A DNA stretch of 52,571 nucleotides, counting the filler, from Catajapyx aquilonaris (lineage: Eukaryota), in NCBI GenBank assembly GCA_000934665.2. It is 3 parts of 3 records of this genome, joined end to end, with 100 filler letters (N's around TTAATTAATTAA, not from the genome) between each part and the next. Parts side by side here need not be neighbours in the genome. Positions count along the whole stretch, not along the records: positions 35,148 to 52,571 come from JYFJ02006951.1; 2 more parts are not named here. One strand, given 5' to 3'. This document shows positions 37,858-50,694 of the stretch, piece after piece. Below the pieces are notes generated by a model. It saw only the letters and a program-made list of their open reading frames with translations, was not told where the DNA came from and did not search any database. Numbering within the stretch: position 1 is the first letter of the stretch; each line of letters opens with the position of its first letter. The position numbers and the translations under genes were made by a program.

Positions 37858-39069
37858 ACAATGTTTCACATCTTGCAATGCACCAATCAAAACATGATAT
37901 TCTTGAAACAAAAAAAAACGTGTTAGTTTGCGATTGGAGGACATTTCAAGTTCAAGTGACTGAGTGACCCAGATTATATCTTTTCCAACGTTTAGTTGAA
38001 GAGTGTAGCACATAGAGGATACCTCCGGATGGAACAAGAATTTCTCTGGCATCATTGGGAACTCTGATGCGAATGATTTCCCTAATGGAAGAAACGGATG
38101 CCAAAACAAAAAGTGAATGCAAGTATTGAGGAGTTCACTCTATTGGATAGTCGGAGTTGCCATAATTGCAATAACACCATGAACCTCTTCGAGTATATGG
38201 ATACAGCGGGAAAACACTTATCTCGCATACCCAAATGAAGATCTTGAATCTATTCATCCAGCGTTTCCGACCAACTGGAGAATCTCTACTGACAAGAAAA
38301 ATTATGCAATGCACCTTTGTACGGACCAACAAGGGGTGTCCATCATCGCCCGCAACATTCTCGCGTGATCCTGAAGGACCAGAAAAGATGACGGAGGAGT
38401 GACAAGCATGGTCTTTTCCGGAAGCGTGATTCCTGGATCACTCTCTCCATTCTCAAGAAATACACATGGATTTGTCGCCCTATGTCACCCCTTGACTTTG
38501 ATGTACTATGAGAATGTGACAGTTTTCAGTGTCCAACAGCCTCAGTTGCATTAAAATGATGCTATTCTGCGGCATCAGAACGGAATTCTTCGTGTTACTA
38601 GTCATGTCATCATGTTGCCCGGTAAGGTTTCGTGACAACTGACTAAGTGAGGCTGTACACGACAATCTGTCACTTTCCATGTGTTGCATCAAATTCAACA
38701 GATGGCAGAGGATGACCAACCCATTTGCATTTATGGAGATTGGGGAGCGTGATTCAGGAATCAGCTTCCAGAAAAGACCATGCATGACACTCTTCCTTTA
38801 AACTCCCGGATCCAATACTGAATCACTCGAGGATGGTTGCGAGCAATCATGGACACTACTAGGTCCATACAAAGGTCCATTACACGACTTGCCCTATCAG
38901 TAGAGATTATTCAGGTGGATCGAAGTGCCAGATGAGCAATTAAATAGCTTTCGTTAGGTATGTGCGCCATAAGGTTCTTTCTGCAGCACTCAGAATACCG
39001 AAGAGTTTCATGGTAGTGCCAATGCTGGCAACTCTGACTATCCAATGTGAGCTTCCTTCTATATTACTG

Positions 39070-39869
39070 ATTAGATCAAAAACTTTCCCTTCAGTAAAAA
39101 AAAGAGAAGTAAGACCTCCGCGGCGGAATGAAGGTACTGAAACAAGGCTAGCGCACGTAAGACCTTCACCAATTGATTTAAGCTGTACCATAGGTCTTAC
39201 TCAAGCAATTTCCAATTCACTGCTCATGAAATCTCCTTTCTGAAAACTTTGTGGAATTTCTGTCGTACTACTAGTTACTTTTAACTTAGCAGTACCAGTG
39301 TAGTGCAATGGTACTGCTATAAGTTAGCAGTAACTACAGACCTATAGTTAATAGTAATAATAGTAGCACGACGAAAATTCCACCCATTAATTTTCCATGA
39401 GCCACTCCATAGTAGTGTTTTATGAAATTAGTAACTTCAATATTAAGCACATTGAATTTCTATGCGATTAGTGCGAATTATTGCCATGAAACATTCATGC
39501 AGAATCGTCACCTCTTTTAGATGCTGATTTTAACTCTCACGTTTAATTTTTCACATATAAACGTTAATTGGTGAATTTTAGAGGGTCTTTTTCGATTGGA
39601 CCAAGTCTGTTAGAATGGGTTTAGTTTTTTCCCCATTTTTTTCTTTTCATAATAAAATCCTACCGTATACTGCTCTGAGTAGTTTGCAGCAGTCATTTTA
39701 TGAGCCGTTCCATACCGTACTGGAGAACTGCTTGAGTAAGACCTATAGTACAGCTTAAATCAATTGGTGAAGGTCTTACATGCGCCAGCCTTGTTTCAGT
39801 ACCTTCATTCCGCCGCGGAGGTCTTACTTCTCATTTTTTTTTTACTGAAGGGAAAGTTTTTGATCTAAT
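39070..39869. mobile_element. Element with ~145-bp near-identical inverted arms
   Basis: 39070-39214 is the reverse complement of 39721-39869 and contains AGTAAGACC/GGTCTTACT motifs. Confidence 0.8.
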
Positions 39870-40099
39870 TTCAGTTCTTTTTTGACAGTACACATTACTT
39901 ATGCTCTACAGTGTCTACACTATAGCCTACAGTCTGCACTATGAATGCATTGGAGACGATTTTCGTCGCTTAGAAGTCCCTAAAATTATTTTCACAGAGA
40001 TAGTCGTAAAAAAACGAGTCGAGTGCTACCAGTCAACGGTTAGTCTGATTTAATTATTATGAAATAGCCTATACGCTAAAATATGCGGAATATAGCCTA

Positions 40100-40600
40100 T
40101 ACATTGAGAACTGTACCAGACGAATTTGCTGAAATCGTGGTACTTTGCAAGAATTCAATCAATACTTATCTGCGGCTTGCCTCCGTCACATCTGAAAACT
40201 CCCAACCGTACTTAATTTTCGCGAAATGCGACGATTTCAGCATATAAGTTCGCCTGGCACGTTACAATAAAATACGCAAGTACATGTCTGCAAAACCTGC
40301 GTAACGAACGGACAGTATGTTTGTGTTTGCATGGAAATGCGTCAAATGCCCAGGACATGTATCTTTTCCAATTCCCGGACCCGCGGAAACCAAAACTAGA
40401 CAACTGTCACCAATGTCACTGACAACATTATTCGGGGCAACCCTTCAATTATTATCTACATTGAGAACCGTACGAGACGAATTTACTGAAATCGTGGAAC
40501 TTTCCAAGAATTAAATCAATACTATGTGTGGCTTGCCTCTGTCACATCTGAAAACTCCCAAACTTATTTAATTTTCGCGAAATGCAACGATTGCAGCAAA
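40100..40600 (+). repeat. ~145-bp direct duplication
   Basis: TACATTGAGAAC...TTTTCGCGAAATGC at 40100-40242 and 40457-40600. Confidence 0.85.
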
Positions 40601-40736
40601 TATTAGTCTGGCACATTTCTCAAGGTAGATATTCCGCATACTGTAACATAATTTCATAATTAAATCAGCTTAAGAGTTGGCCGGTATTACCTGGCGATGG
40701 CTATATAGCAGGGAGCGAACGGGCTTAATATAGTAA

Positions 40737-41166
40737 CTGTTGAATCCGGATAAAAGAAACTTCAAGAGACTGCGAAAAAAGTATGTTATAACCGAGGTCT
40801 GTTATAGCCGAATCGTCACGCAGCGTAAACATAAATTTCTGCTTTCAATGTAGCTGTACTATGCACTACTAGAATACATACCGATTAATGAAATCTGTCA
40901 CAAATGTAATATTGGCTCACCCGAAAATTATGCAGGACCAAAATATCCGAAATTTCCTTCTGCCGTCTCCTTTTTGCAAATTTTATACCTGGACAGCAAT
41001 ATTTTCCCACCGAGGGTCCAAGAAATGGTATTTTATACCCGAGGTGAGGTGAAAATGAGTCTGTTACATCAAGAGTGCAAATACACAGTGCCTAATGGAA
41101 GATTGACGGGACGGCCTTTATAACCAAGTCTGTTATAGCCGAGGCTGTTATATCCGGATTCAACTG
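40737..41166. mobile_element. pogo/Tigger-like MITE
   Basis: TIRs CTGTTGAATCCGGATA...TATCCGGATTCAACTG|TA with repeated GTTATA.CCGAG subterminal motifs. Confidence 0.75.
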
Positions 41167-41299
41167 TAATAATCTGTAATAAGTGCAATGAGTTCACACC
41201 AGCGCAGCGGCAGGGTAACATTTCGATAATAACAATTGGGCTAGTGGGTAAACAAGAATTGACGTTTCTATAGGTGATGGAATTATGAACAAATGAATT

Positions 41300-41701
41300 A
41301 ATGACAGAAAAAATACGAGGTAAAAAAATCACAGCTCCAATCCTCCAGCAGGTGGAACTGTGATATTTTGAACATAGATCCGCACCATCCCACTGCACCT
41401 TCGGCCCGTTGAAGAAGGAACCGAATTCCGAATAGTTATTGAGCAAAAAAATATATACGTTTTTTTGGTGGCTTTAAATTTTTTGCGGCGTTTTGAAGAG
41501 GAATTAAGTAAAAGTGTAAATGGTAGGAATGCACTTCACGACGGTGGGCATCTGTGTTCAAAATTTGGAAGCTCTCCCTACAGCAGAACTTGAGTTAGGG
41601 CGAATAAAAAAAGCGTAACAAGAAGAAGAAGAAGAAGATGTTGAAGAAATTCATTGTTGAAATCTATGCTACGGTCTTACTAAGGGGCTATCGCCCCTTA
41701 A
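41300..41701 (+). mobile_element. Helentron/HINE-like 3' end
   Basis: (GAA)n microsatellite, then subterminal GGTCTTACT followed by stem-loop AAGGGGCTATCGCCCCTT. Confidence 0.5.
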
Positions 41702-42228
41702 ATATTAACTATTTGTAATGGCAACCGCTTCTTCCTGCAGGGAAATCACTGAATCAGGGTTCACAGTCATGCTAGAGAAGTTCTTGTATATGGACGTGTC
41801 TGGTATACGTGCTACTCTCGTCCTCCAAAAGTTCGTCGCTCCTGGTCACGCAATATCTTGAACCAGAGAAACACCTTCATTGTTATTTGGATTCTCCACA
41901 TATGATGCATTGTCAAGGAAATGAAGGGCTGCTTCTTTGCCGAATGAGATAGCATACTCTCATGACGCATGAGGTACGGTAATAGTTGGAAGTTTGTTAT
42001 ACTATACAGAGATTGCACTATACATCCCCCACTAAATACATGAAAATTCATGGTAAGATTTCTTCAACTATTTTATACCTGACATTTCATAAGTCAATGC
42101 ATTATACTCGTACTTCGTTTCTGACACAGAATTTCGTCTACCGTGAAACTCTTTATGGTCAGGTAATGTAATTAATCTTAATACTGAATGTCTGGTAACA
42201 CCGTGCTTACAGTATGTTATAATGCCCA

Positions 42229-42496
42229 ATGATGATGATAATGGTGATGATGATTTTTATTCTATTGAGAGCTGAGGAAAAGGGGAATGTTCCCAAGGGA
42301 GGGCGCTCCCGAATTGTTTTAGATAACCCCTTTTCTATTGGCCCTGGGCAGAGAAGGGAGTGCAAATCTGCCCAGACACGTCGGGTGAAAATAAGAAAAA
42401 GACCCGACCAAGAAGAAGGTGACGGGGACGGGATCTGAACCCCGGACCTCCCTCTTGGCTGGCCAGCAGCATAGCCACTAGACCACCGTGTCCCCC
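42229..42496 (-). mobile_element. tRNA-Gly-derived SINE, copy B
   Basis: Near-identical head and body to copy A, the same 5' flank ACAATGTTTCA, and an (ATC)n tail. Confidence 0.82.
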
Positions 42497-42689
42497 ACAA
42501 TGTTTCAACTACCATATTACAATGCTCAAATCAAAACTGAAGATACATCGAAACAGTAAAAAACTGTTATCATTTTTCGATTTCATAATCTTATTGTGTT
42601 AACGAGGAACTGCCACGCCAGTCCTGCCCGTGTAACTCCATCAAAATGATGACTGACTGCACATATATTATGTCTCTGTGACACGATTG

Positions 42690-44400
42690 TTCAAGTGATT
42701 TTGTGACCGGACTATACCTTTCCAACGTTTAGTATGTTGAAGAGTGTAGCAGGATAAGTCCAGATTGAACGAGAATGTCTTTAGCATGACTGTGAACTCT
42801 GCGGTGTTCGATTTCGCTATTGGAGAAAATTGTGCCATTACAAAAAGTTAAGGTCAGTATTGAGAAGGTGTCCACCTTATTGGATCGTCAACGTTGCTAA
42901 CATTGCTAACACCGTAAAGCGCTTTGGCCTTCAGAGAGATGCAGAATGATCCCTTATCACGTATACCCATCGGAAGCTTCTGAATCTCCGACGTTTATCT
43001 CCAACAGAGCGATGTGGAATAACAGTACAAGTTATGTTATGCACCTTTGTACGGACCAACCAAGTGGTGGTCACCTTCGCTCTCAATATTCTCGAGCGAT
43101 TCAAAAGGACCAGGAAGAACGAAGGAATAGTTGCATGCATAGTCATTTCTGGATGTGTCATTTCGGAATCACCCTCTCCATTCTAATTATACAAACGTGT
43201 TAATCATCCTCTCTCACCGATCCCTCGAATTTAATGTACTAGTAACATTTTGCTGTTTCGTACTCAGTTTTTATGATGCCTTACAGGGCAGCAGGATGCC
43301 ATAACTAAAGCGAAAAGACGCCCTACTGATGCAACGCAATGTCGTATTAGTATGATCAAGAGAGTGAAAGGTGCTAAGCTTCGACAGGTAGATATTAAAT
43401 CCAAATTGATATCAAAATAACTGAAAATAGAGCTACCGTTTGTGTTTGACCAAGGCTTCCGGGAAGAAGATGAAGGAAAATGACATAAAAGAAGAATCGA
43501 TGTATTGTCATTATAAATGGATTGGAGTGTAGGTCGTGGTGCTCTGATTGATTTAGGAAACCTCATGACCATTCATCGATCCTACGTTCATGTATTGTTT
43601 CCTTCACCTTCTTACCTGAAACCTGGGTGAAAAAAAGATAGCACTATTTCCCACTGTTTCGGTGTCGATATTAATTTAATGTCTACATGTCGACGCTTAG
43701 CACCCTTTTATCTCGATCATTTGAATACCACATTGCATTGCTTCAGAAAGGACTTCTTCGCTTTTGTCATGGCGTCTGATTGGCCGGTAAGGTTTCGTGA
43801 AAACTGGCTGGATATTGTCATTTTCGCATGTTACATCAAATTCAAGGGATCTGTGGAAGAGGAAGAACAATTCGTTTGCATTTATTACGAATGAGGAGAG
43901 TGATTCTGAAATGAAACTTCCAGAAAAGGCCATGCATGCTACTAATTCTTCATCTTTCCTGATCCTTCGGAATCTCGCAAGAATATTGAGAGCAATGGTC
44001 ACAACCGTTGGTCTTTGCAAGGGTGCATTACATGACCTGCACTGTTACTCGAGATTCCTCTGCTGGAGAGACATGACAGATGAAGCGATTAAAAAGCTCC
44101 CGATGGGTATAATTATGTGATAAGGATCTGTCAGCAGCACTCCGAGGATCAAATCGGTTCAAGGTATTGGCAATGCTGCATCACTGACCATACAATACGG
44201 TGATCTGCTTCTCAACACTGTCACTAATTAACTATTTGTACTGGCAACCTTTTCTTCCAACAGGGAAATCTTTCACATCAGGATTCACAGTCATGCTAAA
44301 GTTCTTGTTGCATATACGGACCTGTCCGGTACGTGCTACTCTCATCCTCTAAAAGTTCGCCGCGCCCTGTCACTCAATAACTTGAACTAAAGAAATATCT
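42690..44400. repeat. Fold-back unit B (arms ~42690-43502 and ~43574-44400)
   Basis: Inverted matches along the whole length, e.g. AAGGTGCTAAGCTTCGACAGGTAGA (~43368) vs TCTACATGTCGACGCTTAGCACCCT (~43682). Confidence 0.82.
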
Positions 44401-44595
44401 TTCAACATTAAGGTTCTCCATACGTCATGGTGCATTGTCAAGGATACAAAGGGCTGCTTTTCCAATGAGAGAGCATAAAGTATAAACCCAAAACAGTATG
44501 GTATCAGCGTGGTTCCTTGTCTCTTTTCATGAACGTAAGAAAACCCCGTACTGAGTCTCAGGTATGACGACATCCCTGCTTATACTGTAATGCTT

Positions 44596-44843
44596 AATGA
44601 TGATACTATTGAGATATAGGGAAGGGGGAATGTTCCCAAGGGAGGGCTCTCCTGATGTTGTATGAGCTACACCAGACCTTTTTCCTGGCCCTGGGCAGAG
44701 AAGGGAGTGCGAATCTGCCCGGACACGTCGGGCGAAAAGCGGAAAAAGACCCGGCCAAGTGGAAGGTGACGGGGACGGGATTTGAACTCCGGATCTCCCA
44801 CTTGGCTGGCCAGCAGCATAGCCACTGGACCACCGTGTCCCCC
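44596..44843 (-). mobile_element. tRNA-Gly-derived SINE, copy C
   Basis: Same family and same flanking position as copies A and B. Confidence 0.82.
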
Positions 44844-44944
44844 ACAATGTTTCAATGAACCAATCAAAACAGGAAATACATTGGAACAGTAAAAAAACTG
44901 TAACTGTAACTGTAACAATACAGTAATCATATAATTATGATGAA

Positions 44945-46700
44945 TTAAATTTTCGTTCAAGTGATTCAATGACCCGGATTATACATTTCCAACGTTTAGA
45001 AGACGAGTGTAGCACGTACTACAGGATACCTCCAGATGGAACAAGAATTTCTCAGGCATCATTGTGAACTCTGCGGTGTTCGATTTCCCTATACTGGAGG
45101 AAACTGGTACCATTACAAACAGTTATTCCAGTATTGAGAAGGAGTTCACTCAATTGGAGAGTCCATGGTGCCACCGATGCCTACATCCTGACGCGCGCAT
45201 CTTCGAAAACACTGCAGAGAGATCCTTATCACAAATAGTACCAAACGAAAGCTCTTGAATTCCTTCATCCGGTGTTTTTCTCCAGCCGAAGAATTTCTAG
45301 TAACAGTCCAAGATACGTAATGCACCTTTGTAAGGACCTAGTAGGGCCATCGCCACATTCGCGAGTGATTCAGAGGGACCAGAAAAGGAAATGGCAGAGT
45401 GACATGCATAGTCTTCTTGGAAAGTGTCATTCCTAGCTCACCATCCCCTATCTCAATAAATGCACATGGGTTGGTCATCCTATGCCACAAGCACCTTGAA
45501 TTTGGTTTAACATGAGGAAAATGATAGTTTGCTGTGTCCAGACTCAGTTTTCACGAAACCTTGCCGGGCATTCAGACGCCATGACTAAAGCAAAACGATC
45601 CCTTCTGATTCAATGTTTATGATCAAGATCGTAGTGAATAGTGATAAGCTTCGACAGATAGATCTGAATTCAAATCGGTAACGAAAAAATGGGACATGTG
45701 CTATCTTTTGGGTTTCACTAAGGCTTACGGGAAGGTGATGAAGGAAGAATTTATATAGGAAAAAGTATCGATGATAATGGCTTCACCTCACTTGCTATCG
45801 AATTTATCGAGCTCTATTTTTACAGTAAGTAATGCAGTTTTCCAATGAATGCATGGTGAACCATGGCTTTCAATCTCACCCATGTATAATGACCAAATTA
45901 TAAATTTTTCCTCATCTTCTTCCCGGCAACCTAAGCCCAAAGGATAGCACATTGTCCCAATGTTTTGGTATCGATTTTGATTTCATAGCTACCTGTCGAA
46001 GCTTAGCACCTTTCACTCTCTTCATAATCATAGTAGGACATTCTGAGATATAGGAAGGGAGTTCGTCGTGTTCGTCATGATTTCTGTTGCCGCGGCAAGG
46101 CTTCATGAAAACTGAGGCTGGATGCTATACAATCTGTCACTTTCACATGTTGCATCATAAGGGATCGGTGGTAGAGGAAGACCAAAACATAGCATTTATG
46201 GAAAATTTGGGAGCTTGATTCAGGAATCACACTTCCAAAAAAGACCATGCTTGTCACTCTCCCGTAATCTTTCCTGGTCCTTCAAAATCACTTGAGAAAA
46301 TAGAACGCGATGATTGGCCACCAATAGATCAATACAAAGTTGCATTAACTTGCAATGTCACTAGAGATTCTCCGGCTGAATTGAAAACACCGGATGAATG
46401 GACGAAGGTTGGGTTTATGTGATAAGGATCTTTCTGCAGCACTCCGGAAGCCAATGCGAGTAAAGATACCGGAAACGTTGGCAACACTGACTATCCAATA
46501 CGGTGATCTGCTTCTCAATACTGACATTAACGGTTTGCACAGGCAACTGCTTCTTCCTTCAGGGAAGTTACTTACAGCAGGGTTCACAATCATGCTAGAG
46601 AAGTTCTTGTTGCATAACATGGACATGTCCGGTACGTGCTACTTTCTTCCTCTAAAAGTTCGTCTCTCCTGGTCACTAAGTAACTTGAATCAAAGAAATA
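44945..46700. repeat. Fold-back unit C (arms ~44945-45760 and ~45898-46700)
   Basis: Examples: GTAGCACGTAC...ACAAGAATTTCTCAGGCATCATTGTGAAC (45010-45070) vs its reverse complement at 46580-46642, and AAGGAAGAATTTATA vs TATAAATTTTTCCT at the centre. Confidence 0.85.
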
Positions 46701-48301
46701 TCTTCCCATATTTGGGTTCTCCACATACGAGGGTCGAGGGTGGTTACATCCTAAGTGTGATGCCCAAAATCAGAAAACAACAACCTAAATAATTAAATTT
46801 ACTGGCCAGTTTCTCAAACTATTTTGCGTTACCTTTCGTAACTAGCTGTATAGGTTAAATGCAGTTTAACTTACATACTGATAATGAATTTCTTCTAACG
46901 GTAGACTGTTTATGGTAAGTTAAATGGTTGGACAAACACAGAATAAATAAACCGTGTTAAAAAATAATTGTGCCTTATCATTTTAAATTGCATATTTGGT
47001 TTGATTTCAACTACTTGATATTGATTGCACTATCCTGTACAAGTTACACAATTTTCTGTGGCCTTGATGGGTGACCCAACTTAATTCAAGTGAGCCAAAA
47101 GTTCCTTACTTATTTTTCATTATTCATTTTAAAAATATTTATGCCACGCATATGTTGCACGAGATATGTTTTTATAACACACAAAAATGATTAGAATAAT
47201 TATTTTCCAGTCATTTTCATTGTGAGTAATTGCATTTAATAATCAGATTATCACATTGTCAGTGCAAAAATAACTGACGCTATAGGGAAATATGGAAATA
47301 TATCTAAAATCAGCGAACTAGAGTTAGGTTAAGTCACCTATAAACCCTGCACAACAAAAGCATTGCAGAGTAGTGTTATTGAACATAAATAATGGGTCGC
47401 AAAAAAACAGGCTTGTGAATTTCTCTTGCAAATATTCCAAAGGGTGTGGTAAAAAGTCATTAATCTTGGCGAATTTTGACAAACCAGGCTGCGAAAGTCT
47501 TGGCCGTCAATTTCTCTGCTGCTGAAGCAATCTCTTGATCCATTCTTTCTGCCAAAGTTGTTGCTGTGAGAGGTGGACCACCAGATTGATGGACGTGTCC
47601 ATCAGAAGCTGATAGTTTCACACCAGAGATGTAAGTCGCACGCATGACCTGAAAGATAGTGTCGCCAATTAAACTTTTATTAAGTTTTAACATGTAGTAT
47701 TAATATGAGGAATTTTTTAAGAAGTGAAAAAAGCAATCCATGTGATGTATACCTTTTTTCTGACATCACCGCATAACAACAAATTATAATTGTTGCCATG
47801 TGAGGATGCGGCTGAAGTGGAAATCCACCATTATAATATAGGAAAGGTTCCAAAAGTGCGTCCTCTTCAGCAGCGGTGGCCTGTACACCAAACTATGGCC
47901 ATTCAGTGCCAATGGTCTTTCTGGGTGTGGCCAAGGCAGATCATAGGATTCTTCAGCTTCGAGGTAGTAACGTGAAGCTTCAACCAGGTCAGGATAAAGA
48001 TGGCTGTTGGCGCAGGTGTACTTGGCACAGTTGACTGTAAAAAATTAATAGGTTTCATTCAAACAACAGGTTTTTGAATCACCTGTGCAATTTTTGTCCA
48101 GATTCTACAGACTATTTGGGGTTTTGTTTCATATACACGGTGGTGCAAATCGTTCAATGTCCAGAGTGCAAAATGGTGGAGGAGGGCCAATCCACATACA
48201 TTTTTCACCTTTCTCTTCTCGAAATGTGTGTGTTCGGACATGGCGTCACCCGTCACCCTCTCTGATTTGGGAATATAGTGGAGTGCGCATATGACCAGGT
48301 T

Positions 48302-48994
48302 CAAGGTTGTGGAGTTGACCCAACATCCTTTATGACAGTATGGGTTGTCCCTTATCGCAGTCATAAAAATGTTTTCTAGACACTGGTGTCGCGTTGCCGC
48401 TGGGAAAGTGAATCGGAGACTGATTTTCCTGCTTCACATGACATCATTAGATCCCGGATAATGCGTCATGCTTCCGGTCTATTAATATTTGCCGAATTCT
48501 ATTCCCCTTCAAAAATGACAATCTAATGGCCATAGTTTTGTAACCTTTACATATTACCAACAAATCAAACCAGACCAGAAAAATAATTGTCATTTTTGAA
48601 GGGGAATAGAATTCGGCGAATATTAATAGACCGGAAGCATGACGCATTATCCGGGATCTGATGATGTCATGTGAAGCAGGAAAATCAGTCTCCGATTCAC
48701 TTTCCCAGTGGCAACGCGACACCAGTGTCTGGAAAACATTTTTATGACTGCGATAAGGGACAACCCACACTGTCATAAAGGATGTTGGGTCAACTCCACA
48801 ACCTTGGGAAAGAGAATCGGAGACTGATTTTCCTGCTTCACATGGCATCATCAGATCCCGGATAAGGCGTCATGCTTCCGGTCTATTAATATTCGCCGAA
48901 TTCTATTCCCCTTCAAAAATGACAATTATTTTTCTGGTCTGGTTTGATTTGTTGGTAATATGTAAAGGTTACAAAACTATGGCCATTAGATTGT
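48302..48994. repeat. Local triplication/inversion X-Y-(X-Y-Z)inv-Y-Z
   Basis: 48302-48522 is forward, 48518-48806 inverted, and 48805-48994 forward. The copies differ at only a few bases. Confidence 0.92.
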
Positions 48995-50694
48995 GGACAA
49001 CGCAGAGGGAAAAATTTAGTTCGGTGAGGTGATGAAACCGTTTTAATAGCTGTGCAAAACCCAATATCCCAAATTAATCGCCCTTTGGAGGAGTAAGAGG
49101 ACAACTTTTGCCATCGCACAACTTCGAGATAAATTTTCCAGTCGAATCCGGAGCTAAGATGTCGTGACCCGTTTTTCAAAAACTCTCCCCCTTGTAGCCT
49201 ACATCTCACAATTATTATTCTAATGGATCTAAACTCTGTCGGGGGCTCAATTGGCCCCTCCTCTCCATTCTGTGAAAATTTCAGGGCCGTACCTCCAGCG
49301 AGACGCCCGCATCGGCAGTGCAAAGAGAACGGTGTACCCGTGACTCGGCCAAACTTATGGAACGCGATTCTGAAAAATCACTTAGGTATCCGGCGCCCTT
49401 AATAAACTTGATTAAACAACAGTTGGCTATTAAAGGTCAGTTAAAATGGGGGAGAAACAGTGCACCAAAGAACTGATCTTCACACGGGCGTCTCTGGAAT
49501 GGCCCAAGTCCTATTCCTAGACCTTCACATCTGCTGGTCAGCACTGCCCCTGTAGATTATTATCCTATCCGCATGACTAGGACATGTCGTGCTACCACCT
49601 TCCCAGTGATGCCTATTTGTTGACCTCCTCACTGGACAACACCCCCTCCCTGCCCTGGAGATGTTTTACTCACCCCATCAATGGCGGATGTCTATTTCCA
49701 TGTTGTGAGGCCTGTTTGACGGTCCCTCGTCACTTCCCAGCAGGTGTTGAGTCTTCTGCATCGTTGGTGGTCGACACTAGGCCTGGTCAGTCTGCCACAC
49801 CCTCTTTTTCCGCCTCAGGACCACTTGCCACCAGTTGTATCCCCACTGACGACCAGAATGAGTTTGACGTGTTTCATCATGGCGGATCTTCGCTAGTCCT
49901 AGGCATGTCCGGGAGCTCCTCCCACACTTTTCTGGTCCAATCTCCATCGACCTGCGCAGTGGTGGCAGAATCTTCTAGAAAACGCGACACACTCCAACGC
50001 TGCTCCAACGCCACCTACACTCTCCTTCGACCGTTGAGAGTTTAGGCCTGTACTGCTGTCCTTAAAATTCCTTGCCCATTCATCCTCCTGGTTATGTCTC
50101 ATTGTTTAACATTATTGGTATCATGCTATCGTCAGATGATGTACTTGTTTTTCTCACATCCGTGCATGGGAAAATCTTATTCTCTTGTTCTCTGTTTCCA
50201 AGAATGTCGCTGTGTTTCACACCAGTACTAGCACCGATTATGACGTTATTTTATTCAGAACTATATTCTTCTTGTGTTGCCAATAAGTTATACATTACAA
50301 TAATTTTCCCCTGGTTTGACCTGAGACATTTATTCACAAACTCCTTTCCCCAGCTACAATATTTTCCACACCTCATGATAATAAGCGCGATATCTTGATA
50401 TGTGACATGATGGTTATTTACGAGTAGTTCCAAGATTGGTGCCACACACGACTAATGGATGAAATTACTACCAACCACCGCATATTATTATAAAGTAGGC
50501 CTAGTAGTGACAATGATGATTTTTGTTGGAGATTGATAAGCCTGCTAATAAAATCACTTTATTGTTTCATGGGCATCATTTTTTTCCCTATTACCCCGTG
50601 ATAACCCGATTAGGGTTTATAGGGGAGTGGATTACCACCATGTTAGAATAATTTTTCCATTTTTTCTTCAGTCACGGGGCAAGAAATTCGGGAA

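Larger units (their letters stand above)
37950..41870. repeat. Fold-back unit A: left arm ~37950-38555; right arm ~38590-39069 plus 41701-41870, split by a ~2.6-kb composite insertion
   Basis: Arms are homologous to units B and C. The right arm resumes at 41701 (ATTAACTATTTGTAATGGCAACC, compare 44227). Confidence 0.75.

Noticed and set aside
37642..38151. 14-nt match CTCTATTGGATAGT between the SINE A variable segment and the adjacent arm, as a guide-target pair
   Set aside because: A single short post-hoc match that partly overlaps the conserved block. I saw no equivalent for copies B or C.
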